The notes under the pieces are model-generated. The model was given only the letters and a program-made list of their open reading frames with translations. It had not been told where the DNA came from and made no database searches. A DNA stretch of 64,000 bases, from positions 946,397 to 1,010,396 of the forward strand of contig JAWLHY010000003.1 in NCBI GenBank assembly GCA_041690135.1, read 5' to 3'. This document shows positions 17,983-27,110 of the stretch, piece after piece. The translations under genes and the position numbers were made by a program. Position 1 is the first letter of the stretch, and each line of letters begins with the position of its first letter. The DNA is from Armatimonadota bacterium. Lineage in GTDB: Bacteria; Armatimonadota; SYMT01.

Positions 17983-18534
17983 CTAACCCGCTAGCGGGTG
18001 TCCGGGTGACAGCCTCACCTCCCCAAACACTTCGAAATGGTAGCGGAGCCGGACGGTATCCACCCCGTTGGGAACACCGAGCTGGAGACGCAGGCGCTGC
18101 GTACCCGCACACTCCGCGGTGTATGCGTCCTTCCATTCCTGGCCGCCCCAGATCTGAACTTCGTAGATCTCCCCCCTGTCCCGTTCGGCATCCGCCGCCG
18201 CCCCGGCAGCGCCGGATTGGGAGTCAGGTCCCGCTACTACCAGCCCGACCGGCTCCCAGGTGACATCCCGACCTGCGGTTTGGGCGGGGCGGATGGTCAA
18301 CTCCACCAGGTACCACTGGAGCGGTCCCTCCCGTTCCGGAGTGGGGTCCGGGTCATCGATTTCCCACTCCGGCTCCTCGGGCGGCGGAGTGGACTGCACC
18401 ACGGAATGGACTTCTACCTCGGCGTCTTTCAGGACATCCCCTAGCGACAAGAACCTCTGCCGCTCTGCCGCAATCCGGGGTCCATGGGCCGCTTCTCCCA
18501 TCCGGATCAACAACTCCATTGCTTGTTTGAGCAT
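17983..18534 (-). CDS. Hypothetical acidic protein
   Basis: Protein-like composition; fills the gap; divergent from the LLM gene; alternative start ATG 18519. Confidence 0.5.
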   Translation of the reverse strand: MLKQAMELLIRMGEAAHGPRIAAERQRFLSLGDVLKDAEVEVHSVVQSTPPPEEPEWEIDDPDPTPEREGPLQWYLVELTIRPAQTAGRDVTWEPVGLVVAGPDSQSGAAGAAADAERDRGEIYEVQIWGGQEWKDAYTAECAGTQRLRLQLGVPNGVDTVRLRYHFEVFGEVRLSPGHPLAG

Positions 18535-18704
18535 CGATGCCTTTCCCTACCACCGACCCATGCTGCTTTATAATGATTGTGGGTCGCCTGTGGCACGTCT
18601 CACATATCTGTTTCCCGTGGCTCAGGGTAAGGGCGAGCGGGCGAAGACCGGAGATGGAGCAATAGGACGGATGCGACCCATGGCACCCACTGTGAAAGCC
18701 GGCC

Positions 18705-19883
18705 ATGCGACGATTGCAGTTCTACTACTTCCACCTGATGCCGTATCCGGATTTGCCGGCGGAGTTCACCGCGCAGGGGCAATTGGCCTGGGTGACGCCC
18801 TCCAACAGGCTGTTCGACCCGGAGCGCGGGCACGAGCTGTACCATCAGTATCTGGATGAGCTGGTGGAGGCGGAGCGGTGGGGCTGGGACGGCATCTGCG
18901 TCAACGAGCATCACCAGAACGTCTACGGGACGATGCCCTCCCCGAACCTCATCGCGGCGATGCTGACCCAGCGGACGCAGCGCTGCCGGATCGGGATCAT
19001 CGGGAACGCGCTGCCGCTGCACGACGACCCGCTGCGAGTGGCGGAAGAGATCGCCATGCTCGACGTGATCAGTGGGGGGCGCATCATCTCCGGGTTCGTA
19101 CGGGGTACCGGGATGGAGTACTACTCCTACGGCGTCAACCCGGCGCACAGCCGGGAGCGTTTCTACGAAGCGCACGACCTGATCGTGCGCGCGTGGACCG
19201 AGCCCGGTCCGTTCCCCTTCGTCGGCAAGCACTACCGCTACCGGTACGTGAACCCCTGGCCGCGGCCGATGCAGCAGCCCCACCCGCCGATCTGGCTGCC
19301 CGGCACCGGCAGCCTGGAAACGGTGGCCTTCGCCGCCGAGCGCCGCTATCCGTTCATGATGGTCTACTCTCCGGTGGAGCATCAGCGGAAAGCCTATGAG
19401 CTGTACCGCAAGCTGGCGGAGGAGAAGTACGGTTATGAGGCCGCACCGGAACAACTGGCGTTCTGCCTGCCCTGCTACGTGGCCGAGACGGACGAGCAGG
19501 CGCGCCAGGAAGCCGAGCCGCACCTGATGTGGCTGTTCCGCGTGGGGTTGAACACGGGACCGTTCGGTATGCCGCCTGGGTACGTGAGCGAGCGGTCGAT
19601 GAAGTCCATGATCGCCGCGGGCGCGAAGCCGTTCTCCGAGCTGACGATGGACGACCTGATCGACCAGGGCTACGCGCTGGTGGGCAGCCCGGAAACGGTG
19701 ATCGAGCGCCTGGCCTATTACACCGACCAGCTTCACGCCGGGATCATGGTCAGCGGCGCCCATTGGGGCGACATGCCCCGCTGGAAGGTCCAGAAGAACA
19801 TGGAGTTGTTCGCCACGCGGGTGATGCCGGAATTCCGCGAGACTCTGTTAGACCCACCTCATCTTGTTTCGATAGCTCCGTGA
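18705..19883 (+). CDS. LLM class flavin-dependent oxidoreductase (luciferase-like)
   Basis: NEHHQ..YG.MPSPNL, PLRVAEEIAMLDVISGGR...GFVRG, PRPMQQPHPPIW, VGSPETV. Confidence 0.93.
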   Translation: MRRLQFYYFHLMPYPDLPAEFTAQGQLAWVTPSNRLFDPERGHELYHQYLDELVEAERWGWDGICVNEHHQNVYGTMPSPNLIAAMLTQRTQRCRIGIIGNALPLHDDPLRVAEEIAMLDVISGGRIISGFVRGTGMEYYSYGVNPAHSRERFYEAHDLIVRAWTEPGPFPFVGKHYRYRYVNPWPRPMQQPHPPIWLPGTGSLETVAFAAERRYPFMMVYSPVEHQRKAYELYRKLAEEKYGYEAAPEQLAFCLPCYVAETDEQARQEAEPHLMWLFRVGLNTGPFGMPPGYVSERSMKSMIAAGAKPFSELTMDDLIDQGYALVGSPETVIERLAYYTDQLHAGIMVSGAHWGDMPRWKVQKNMELFATRVMPEFRETLLDPPHLVSIAP

Positions 19884-20123
19884 GGTTGACGGCTGATGCC
19901 CGATCCTGCTTATTGTTAGAGGAAGGATGCCTGTTAGCAAGCGAAATGCAAAACGCCATTGAAAAGGATCGGTCAGAGAACACGGCGTGGGCAATCCGAT
20001 GCCCCTTTTGCCCGACGGTCCATCCAAGGATACGGACGCTTTAACGGCCTCGCAAAAGCTCCAAGAAAGTTAGTAGCAGAATCGCAACATAAATTCTGCT
20101 AAGGTCGCACGGCAAATCAGCCG

Positions 20124-20423
20124 ATGAAAAGGGTCATCTCTGCAGTGGTAAGGTATAATCTTGACGAGATATGCAAACAAGCGTTTGCGGCCTCTCGATA
20201 TGCTGTGGAAATGCGGAGCTCGGTCATGGGTGTAACAATTCTGCGAACTTGCCCTCACTGCGGGCGCCGTGCACGTCTCCGGAGTACCTTCAGCGTTCAC
20301 CAAAACTACTGTACAAAGTGCCGGGAAGAACGTCGCACTAAAGCGCGCAAGCACTTTGAATGTGGCGTGAAGATGGTTGTGGGTCCCTATGTCGTGCGGC
20401 GGAAGCCTACTTCTGACTGCTGA
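20124..20423 (+). CDS. Possible small basic Zn-ribbon protein
   Basis: CPHC...CTKC pair within the low-GC island; overlaps the kinase 3' end convergently. Confidence 0.3.
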   Translation: MKRVISAVVRYNLDEICKQAFAASRYAVEMRSSVMGVTILRTCPHCGRRARLRSTFSVHQNYCTKCREERRTKARKHFECGVKMVVGPYVVRRKPTSDC

Positions 20424-21471
20424 AGTAGGCTTCAAGTTCGCCAATCACCACCCGTGGGGAGCGCCAAGCGGTGCTCCCTTGGTATCTCTTTCGGCCTGAA
20501 CGCAAACTCACCGTCTCTGCGTTCCACCTGTGGCGAAGAGGTGATTTCCACTCCCAGAGGACGACAAACCTATTAGAACGAGCTTCCCGTTGCCACGTAA
20601 CACTGGTATTGGAAACTTTGCACTGCCATTCAGGCGTTGTCGGTAAGTCCTGAAGACCGACCGCGACTTCAACAAAGTCGTGATATCGTCGGTCCACATC
20701 ATCGTGCAGGGCTCGTTTCACGAAACGGCGCCACTGCCTGGGAATGTGAGGGAGCCACCTTAGCTTGTCGGAGTAGCCGCCATATTGCACAAGATCTGGG
20801 GAAGGACTGAACAAAGTGTACCAGTTATGGCCATGGAGAAGCCGGTATACAGTCATCCCAAATGCCCAAACATCAGTTTGCTGGCTTGTGAGATCTTGCG
20901 TGAAGTACTCCGGGGCTAGATGATCTAGGTAGCCGGCTCCAGATGCATAGCCATAGGCGATTTGATCCGTAACTAGGCCGAAGTCTCCAATCTTGGCCCT
21001 GCCGTTACAATCAATCAAGATATTCCCCGGCTTTATATCGCGATGGAGCATACCCCGATTGTGTAGTACTTGCATGCCAAGACACACATCTCCAGCGATT
21101 GCCCGTACTCGCCTTAGCGGCAATGGACCTGCCTTGTACTCAGCGAGTAATGAACCTCCTTGGCAGAACTCAAGTACCAAATAAATTGGCTGTTCGTCCT
21201 GCACTTCCCCCACAGGCGCCCGTTTCCGTACCACATGCAGAACACGGACGATACGTGAATCCTCCGCTACTTTAAGGCGCTGGCCTTCTTGTAGCAACTC
21301 TGTCTTACGTGCCTGCCACTGGCGATCGGTCTCGCCAGGCAGCCGCTTTGGGATCTTCACGGCGACTAAACCGTGGATGGGATCATCGCCCTCATATACG
21401 TCGCTAAAGTAGCCATCTGTTGAGAGCGGCCTCACAAATTTTAGCTCTGAAATGAGTTCCGTATTATTCAT
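20407..21471 (-). CDS. Hanks-type Ser/Thr protein kinase
   Basis: VAVK, HRDIKPGN, DFG, APE, DVWAFG motifs; no TM segment. Confidence 0.93.
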   Translation of the reverse strand: MNNTELISELKFVRPLSTDGYFSDVYEGDDPIHGLVAVKIPKRLPGETDRQWQARKTELLQEGQRLKVAEDSRIVRVLHVVRKRAPVGEVQDEQPIYLVLEFCQGGSLLAEYKAGPLPLRRVRAIAGDVCLGMQVLHNRGMLHRDIKPGNILIDCNGRAKIGDFGLVTDQIAYGYASGAGYLDHLAPEYFTQDLTSQQTDVWAFGMTVYRLLHGHNWYTLFSPSPDLVQYGGYSDKLRWLPHIPRQWRRFVKRALHDDVDRRYHDFVEVAVGLQDLPTTPEWQCKVSNTSVTWQREARSNRFVVLWEWKSPLRHRWNAETVSLRSGRKRYQGSTAWRSPRVVIGELEAYFSSQK

Positions 21472-21472
21472 A

Positions 21473-21937
21473 TTACTTTTTGGTTGAAGCGAAGATCATC
21501 ATGGCTGCCTCTTTAGGCCCTCTCTTAAGATCTCCCGTTACGTGTTCATCCCAGAATTCCTCATCCTTTACGTATTCGCCAATCGTGCGCTTCCCGAAGG
21601 TCTTGCTTGCTGAAGATCCTAGCTGTAGACGCACATCTGGTACAACAGAAGCGATTGCTGCAATCACAACGCCCCGAAGCTCTGCCGACTCTAGTAACGC
21701 ATTGTTTGCTGGACCTTTGGGGGGAGCAGCACTGGCTTTCACAACTGCGTGTTCAACAGATTGCTCTCTGGCGTGGCTCTGGATGCGCTCAAACATTACT
21801 CGGAGCGCGTCTGGCCGCTCACCGCTCTGAAGTCGCCAAGTGTTGCTTGCAACCACTGTCATGTTTGGACTGTCAACGTCTGCAGTGACAAAGTTCACAT
21901 CTGAGCCTGAAACCACCACTCCAATCCATCTTTCCAT
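21473..21937 (-). CDS. Hypothetical protein with RNase H/RuvC-like topology, coupled to the kinase
   Basis: N-terminal beta-beta-beta-alpha pattern (WIGVVVSGSDVNFV), AELRGVVIAA helix, C-terminal EAA helix; 1 nt gap to the kinase ATG. Confidence 0.7.
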   Translation of the reverse strand: MERWIGVVVSGSDVNFVTADVDSPNMTVVASNTWRLQSGERPDALRVMFERIQSHAREQSVEHAVVKASAAPPKGPANNALLESAELRGVVIAAIASVVPDVRLQLGSSASKTFGKRTIGEYVKDEEFWDEHVTGDLKRGPKEAAMMIFASTKK

Positions 21938-21979
21938 CCGTACCCATCCTTTCGAGCTAGGTCGGCAATCTCACAGCAT

Positions 21980-21988
21980 ATTATACCA
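21980..21988 (-). promoter_or_regulatory. Extended -10 promoter of the two-gene kinase operon
   Basis: TGGTATAAT on the minus strand about 43 nt upstream of ATG 21937. Confidence 0.55.
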
Positions 21989-22251
21989 TAGTTTGGAAAT
22001 GCTACATGCATATGAAGGCTTGTCAGGCCGCAGTTGGCTCTGCGGACACTCGATGTAGACGAATGAGTCAGAGCGTGGTAGTGCAAACCGCAGCCATAAT
22101 CGCCGCGACCTTGACCAGAAGTGCCCAATGGCAGCTACTCCGCGCTCAATGACCGCCGTGCTCCGGGATATGGCCCGTAGACATTGGTAAGCTTCCGGAA
22201 ACCACCAGGAAGGGCGAGGCGGAGGCCTGGGGGGAGTGGGCTGCGGGAAGG

Positions 22252-22773
22252 GTGGTGCTGTATTCGCTCAATTCGCCGAGCATCCCGGAGCGGCCTTTCC
22301 CTCACGCTATCCCCACGGTGAAGATCCCGGAGGGGCCTGGCGCAGTCGAACGACTGGTGGGCCATAACCGGGAAGTGTGGCGACGTCTTCGAGAGCATGG
22401 TCCGCCTCCTGGCAGCCGCCTGGAGTGGACCGCTATGCTCTTCAAGTTGAAGGCCACCTGGCGTCGAATCGCGCGGGCGCGGCAAGGGGAGCTTGGGCCC
22501 AAAGGAAGCATGAGCCCGGAAGGTGATTTGCACGCGTGCTGGCGCCAAACCGGGCACCACAGCCGGTTGATGATCGGTACGCCGAGTGCTGAAGTCGAGC
22601 TTTTTCTTTCACCCCAGCACTTTCTCGGCGTTCACGATCTGCGACGGCCGGAGATCCTCTGGGGTCCCGCCGGCTCGGGGGTGGTCTTCGTGCGGGGTAA
22701 GCTTGGGGACCAGTCGCGGATCTATGCCTTTGATGTGAGGACCGGCTGGTTATTGAACGCGGGGGCGGGATAG
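22252..22773 (+). CDS. Hypothetical protein, possibly 5'-truncated
   Basis: Open frame ending in a beta-propeller-like IYAFDVRTG; start unclear. Confidence 0.35.
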   Translation: MVLYSLNSPSIPERPFPHAIPTVKIPEGPGAVERLVGHNREVWRRLREHGPPPGSRLEWTAMLFKLKATWRRIARARQGELGPKGSMSPEGDLHACWRQTGHHSRLMIGTPSAEVELFLSPQHFLGVHDLRRPEILWGPAGSGVVFVRGKLGDQSRIYAFDVRTGWLLNAGAG

Positions 22774-22909
22774 GAGTTGCAACAGATTTCGCGGCCCACG
22801 GCGGGATCAGTTCCAACATGCCGGGATTCGGTTGGGGTTCAGGACGATGGCGCGTGGTGGGGACGGGCGCGGAACCCATCGCCGGGTGCGGTCCGAATTC
22901 GGGACGACG

Positions 22910-23180
22910 GCACGCAGTGCGCGACGGGTTCGGGGGCAGAGTTCTGGTCGGCGACAGCGAGCCGACCCTACCTACGCCGAGACCGGATTCGTGCGGACGT
23001 GGTCGGTCGCCACGCAAAGGATGCCCCGCTCCTTCCGGACAGCCGTGGTATTCACACCGGTCGACGAACCGTGAAGTCGGCCTGGTGGAGGTAGGGGAAT
23101 GGTCGTACACCCGGCGGAGCTAGGGCTGTCCCTTCCCCAGCGGATGGTTTCGCACCCGTCGGCCAACCGTGCAGCGCCCT
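22910..23180. repeat. GTAG-tagged REP-like composite repeat, copy 2 (arm order swapped relative to 547-830)
   Basis: CTGGTCGGCGACAG-CGAGCCGACCCTACC and GGTAGGGGAATGGTCG...GTCCCTTCCCCAGCG...GGCCAACC. Confidence 0.7.
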
Positions 23181-23449
23181 CAGATGCTGTTGGCAAACTC
23201 TCCAGGATGGGCTGCAGCCCATGGGTCCGTATGGATTGCACTGCAGCCGGCGGGTGCCGGGCGCCCACTGGGTGTGGGCGATCTTGCGCAGGCCTACGCC
23301 CGAGTGTCGCGAAGGGGTGATAGGTTGTTCTGCGCTACTCCCGACTCCGTGCTGGCATTGGCGATCCGGGCGATCCGCCACGACTGCGCAACCACAGGCT
23401 TCCGCAGTGCAACCCGTACGGGCGTATGCCTGCGGCGAAGGCTCGCGCG

Positions 23450-23545
23450 GGTAACCTGTTCAACCCGCTCGGTCGCGAAGTGGGAGAAAAGGACGCGCTC
23501 GGCCGGCGGACCACGCTCGCCTTCGATGCGGTGGGGGAACCGAAC
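23450..23545 (+). pseudogene. Possible degenerate Rhs/YD-repeat fragment
   Basis: Translates FNPLGREVGEKDALGRRTTLAFDAVG, resembling YD-repeat periodicity; no full gene. Confidence 0.35.
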
Positions 23546-23574
23546 CGCGAAGCTGGATGTCCGGAGTTCGCCGA

Positions 23575-24201
23575 TTACCTGCGGTGCTTCAAGGTCTCGG
23601 TGCGGAGCAAAGCAAGGATATCATCCATATCCGGCTTGTCCGCTTCACGCTGCGCCAATAACAGGGCGCCGCGGATGCCGGAGGCACCCTTGCGGATGAG
23701 GAACTCGACCATCCGTCTGTCCCGGCAGATCACTGCCCGCTCCAGGGCGCTAAACCCGCCCAGTTCGGTGGCATTGACCGACGTGCCCCTTTGGAGAAGC
23801 TGCCGCACCTGCTCCTCATTTCCCTCACCCGCAGCCTGGCACAGCATGTGTTGCAGAATGGGATCGTTGGGGTCGTCGCACTGAGCGGCGATGGCCTTCC
23901 AAACTTTTCGGTAGGCCGTGGGTGATAGGGCGCCGGGCCGTTCACTCGCTGCGTCGGCACGGGCCAGGTAGAGAGCTTCGACCACGGCATCAGCGATGGC
24001 ACTAGGATCGGCGTTCCGGCGGTGTTGCTCCATCCAGGCTTCCACCGCCGGAGTGTTCCCGCTGCGAGCGGCACCGACGAGCTTCCGTGCCTGGCGGTCC
24101 CACTCAACAGCGGCCTGCCAGTACCGGACACCCTGATGTACGGTCAGCATGAGGAGGCCAAAGAGGCCGGCCAGGTGTATGACTCGCTTGCCGGGGCGCA
24201 T
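23575..24201 (-). CDS. Ankyrin-repeat protein with an N-terminal membrane anchor
   Basis: LCQAAGEGNEEQVRQLLQRGTSVNA..GGFSALERAV...MVEFLIRKGA. Confidence 0.8.
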   Translation of the reverse strand: MRPGKRVIHLAGLFGLLMLTVHQGVRYWQAAVEWDRQARKLVGAARSGNTPAVEAWMEQHRRNADPSAIADAVVEALYLARADAASERPGALSPTAYRKVWKAIAAQCDDPNDPILQHMLCQAAGEGNEEQVRQLLQRGTSVNATELGGFSALERAVICRDRRMVEFLIRKGASGIRGALLLAQREADKPDMDDILALLRTETLKHRR

Positions 24202-24218
24202 GGGGTGGGAAGTCCGGC

Positions 24219-26003
24219 CTAGGGACGTACGAAGACTTGCCTGCCTCCGAGGTAGGTGGCGAGGACCTGCGTCTCACGGATCTGATCGACCGGGCAGGTG
24301 AGGAGATCCCGGTCGAGGATCACCAGGTCGGCGAGCTTGCCTTTCTCCAGAGACCCGATCTCCTGTTCCCGGAACAGCAGGTAGGCATTGTTCCGGGTGT
24401 AGAAGCGGATCGCCTGCTCGCGGGTAAGGGCCTCTTCCGGGTGGAGACGGCCCTCGTAATCCTTCGCCCGGCGGGTGACCGCGACCCACATCCCCAGGAA
24501 CGGGTTGTAGGGGTTGACGGAGCGCAGGGAGCCGATCTTCTGCATGTGGTCCGAGCCGCCGCCCACGATGGCGCCTGCTTTAAACAGGCTGCGGAGGGGC
24601 TGGAAGTAGCGGAGGCGGTCGTAGCCGAAGTGCGAGGCCAGGGTGCGGGTATCGAGGTAGAGCCAGGCCGGCTGGAGGTCGGCCACCACCCCGAGCTTCG
24701 GCATCAGCTCTACGGCCTCCCGGCTCATGAAATTGGAGTGGGTGATGCAGGGCCGGATGGGGCGGACCGGCGTGGTGCGGTCGATCTCCTGGTAGACGTC
24801 GAGCAGGGCATGCACGGCGCCATCGCCCACGGAGTGCGCGGTGAACTGGAGCCCTTCTTCCACGGCAGTGCGGACGATCGGGAGCAGGCGCTCGCGCGGA
24901 ATGAAGAGCAGGCCGCGGTACTCGGGGTCGGTGATGGAGTAGATCGGGCTCACCCCCCACGGCTTCCGCATGTAGGCGCTGCCGGTGAGCATGCCGCCGT
25001 CCAGGTAGGTCTTGATGCCGACGATCCGGAGCATGGGGTCCGGCTGGCGCAGGGGGTCGCGTCCGATCTTATGAATGTTCTCCTGGATCCGCTCCAGCGG
25101 CCCGACGGTGTCGACGTGTTGGGACACGGAGATGCGGACCGGCAACTCGCCGTTGTCGCGCAGCTTGCGGTACCGGGCGATGGCGGCGGGGCTGGCGTCA
25201 CGGTCGGCGATGCTGGTGATGCCGGTGGCGTTGTAGTCGCGGAAGAGCTCCACGGCGCGGTGGGTTTGTTCTTCCTCGGTGGCGGATCGGCCGGGAGACT
25301 TCACCTTCACGTAGCGCGTCATGCTGCGGATAATGCCAGTCGGCTCGCCGGTGGCCGGGTCCTTTTCCGCATGGCCGGGACCACCGTCCGACACGCGGAA
25401 GTTCCGGTCGATCCCACTCAACTTGAGTGCCAGGGTATTGAGGGAGGCATCGGGCCCGGTGGAGAAGATCGCCGGGTTGCGCGGGGCGACCTGGTCCAGT
25501 TCCTGGCGGGTGGGGTAGCGCTGCTCCTTCAACCGGGTGATGAACACCTGCCGGAGCTGGATCCACTCCCCGTCTTCCAACTCTTCCGCGCGCCGCTTGA
25601 AGTACGCCAGCACATCCGCGATCGTCTCCATCGGGGGGATGGGGTGGTCGAACTCCGTCATGCAGGCGCCCATGGGATGCGTGTGCGAGTCGATCAGGCC
25701 GGGCAGAACGGTCCGTCCCTTCAGGTCCACCACGCGCGTGGCGGGACCCCGGAGCCGCAGGACGCCGCGGCTGCTGCCGACTTCCAGGATGCGCCCGTCG
25801 CGGACAGCAAGGGCCTGGCGGACCGAGAAGCGGTCATCCACCGTCACGATCTTGCCGTTGTGCAGGATCAGGTCGGCCGGCTCCGGAGCCCCCGCGGAGG
25901 CTAGGCCGGTGAGCGAGAAAGCGGCGAGTACGACGCTGGCGAGAATAGATGAGTGGAGGGTGGAGGGGCCAGGGCGGAGGGTGGAGGGGTGAGAATGGAA
26001 CAT
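24219..26003 (-). CDS. Amidohydrolase_3 (YtcJ-like) exported metal-dependent hydrolase
   Basis: ADLILHNGKIVTVD, PGLIDSHTH, HSVGD, GGSDH, GSLEKGKLADLVILD; start uncertain because it lies in a repeat. Confidence 0.9.
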   Translation of the reverse strand: MFHSHPSTLRPGPSTLHSSILASVVLAAFSLTGLASAGAPEPADLILHNGKIVTVDDRFSVRQALAVRDGRILEVGSSRGVLRLRGPATRVVDLKGRTVLPGLIDSHTHPMGACMTEFDHPIPPMETIADVLAYFKRRAEELEDGEWIQLRQVFITRLKEQRYPTRQELDQVAPRNPAIFSTGPDASLNTLALKLSGIDRNFRVSDGGPGHAEKDPATGEPTGIIRSMTRYVKVKSPGRSATEEEQTHRAVELFRDYNATGITSIADRDASPAAIARYRKLRDNGELPVRISVSQHVDTVGPLERIQENIHKIGRDPLRQPDPMLRIVGIKTYLDGGMLTGSAYMRKPWGVSPIYSITDPEYRGLLFIPRERLLPIVRTAVEEGLQFTAHSVGDGAVHALLDVYQEIDRTTPVRPIRPCITHSNFMSREAVELMPKLGVVADLQPAWLYLDTRTLASHFGYDRLRYFQPLRSLFKAGAIVGGGSDHMQKIGSLRSVNPYNPFLGMWVAVTRRAKDYEGRLHPEEALTREQAIRFYTRNNAYLLFREQEIGSLEKGKLADLVILDRDLLTCPVDQIRETQVLATYLGGRQVFVRP

Positions 26004-26090
26004 GGAGGGTGGAGAGGTAGGAGAGGGTGGCGGCGCCAGAGGGGAGGGGGAAGGGCGATCAGTATCACGATCACGATTGAGAGGGTGATC
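25950..26090. repeat. G-rich heptamer array plus ATCACG hexamers overlapping the amidohydrolase start
   Basis: GTGGAGG/GCGGAGG units, then ATCAGT ATCACG ATCACG ATTGAG. Confidence 0.7.
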
Positions 26091-26149
26091 GGCCGCACCC
26101 CACTTACGCATGTTCGAGTGGCACGAGTGAAGGAATGAGGCCATGGGTG

Positions 26150-26686
26150 TTAATAGCTGGTTCTAAACAGGGGTCTGTCCGGCGAGGGAGCGTTATGCGG
26201 GAAGATCCGTGGCTGGATTCTCCTGCATAACCATTCATGAAGGAATGCCGATACGGAAAGATCAAAATGCTCGCACTCCGTATCCTTTGAATCAACCACC
26301 ACGGCCGTCCAGGTATCCGGCTCACCCGTAGTCAGCCAATAGATGGTGTCGCCATTCTCTGTGAAACCCCAGGGCAATAACCCACCCGGTTCTGGATAGG
26401 CGGGAAACGGGCAATCCTCGGGGTACTCCTCATGAGATTCGCGATACGTAGACAGACGCAGTTCGAGAGCAGACAGGTACCCTTCCACATCCCATCGAAA
26501 CGGTGAGATCAACGAAAGGAAGCCGCCGAATAGCCCCGATCCGTACGTATCGATGCAGCTCATGAAGTCACCTGGAAATCTAAAGCCCAACTCCAATTGG
26601 ACTTCTTCCCACTGCTCAGGGCTTCCCGCATGGAGCACCTGCTGGGGAGGACTGACAATGCTTTGCAACTTCTTCACAGCCGACAT
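26150..26686 (-). CDS. SMI1/KNR4 (SUKH) family protein
   Basis: WEEVQLELGFRFPGDF...YGSG.F, YPEPGGLLPWG.TENGD..YW; lower GC than neighbours. Confidence 0.85.
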   Translation of the reverse strand: MSAVKKLQSIVSPPQQVLHAGSPEQWEEVQLELGFRFPGDFMSCIDTYGSGLFGGFLSLISPFRWDVEGYLSALELRLSTYRESHEEYPEDCPFPAYPEPGGLLPWGFTENGDTIYWLTTGEPDTWTAVVVDSKDTECEHFDLSVSAFLHEWLCRRIQPRIFPHNAPSPDRPLFRTSY

Positions 26687-26709
26687 GCAGTTCCCTCGCA
26701 CGGAATTGC

Positions 26710-27030
26710 TTAGTGGCCGGAGGTGATCTTGAGCCCCACGATCCCGGCCAGGATGAGGGAGAAACACGCCAATCGTCCGGCCGTCGCGGGCTCTCCGAAG
26801 AGAAAGATCCCGAAGAGGGCGGTGCCGGCCGCGCCGATCCCGGTCCAGATGGCATACCCGGTACCGACCGGGATCTCCTTGAGCGCCTGGCCCAGCATGG
26901 CAAAGCTGGCGACCATGGCGATGACGGTGAAGAAGCTCGGCCAGGGTCGGGTGAACCCCTCGGTGTACTTCAGCCCGATGGCCCACGCCACCTCCAGCAG
27001 TCCGGCGATAATGAGAAAAATCCAGGCCAT
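26710..27030 (-). CDS. sugE: SMR family transporter, SugE/Gdx subtype
   Basis: [48 protein letters not shown]. Confidence 0.92.
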   Translation of the reverse strand: MAWIFLIIAGLLEVAWAIGLKYTEGFTRPWPSFFTVIAMVASFAMLGQALKEIPVGTGYAIWTGIGAAGTALFGIFLFGEPATAGRLACFSLILAGIVGLKITSGH

Positions 27031-27050
27031 AGTGATTCGCTAGAGAGCAT

Positions 27051-27080
27051 AGAAAAGAGGCGGCCCATCTGGGCCGCCCC
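27051..27080 (-). terminator. Intrinsic terminator of the Prc-type protease gene
   Basis: Minus strand GGGGCGGCCC-agat-GGGCCGCCTC-TTTTCT. Confidence 0.8.
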
Positions 27081-27110
27081 TTCCGCTTGGATACCTTACC
27101 GGGCCCAGGG

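Noticed and set aside
19840-22130. Prophage or IS element
   Set aside because: No integrase, transposase, phage genes or att-like direct repeats were seen; treated only as a low-GC island.
27031-27110. Guanidine riboswitch upstream of sugE/gdx
   Set aside because: The 80-nt gap holds only the prc terminator; no twin ACGR hairpins or other guanidine-aptamer motif is visible.
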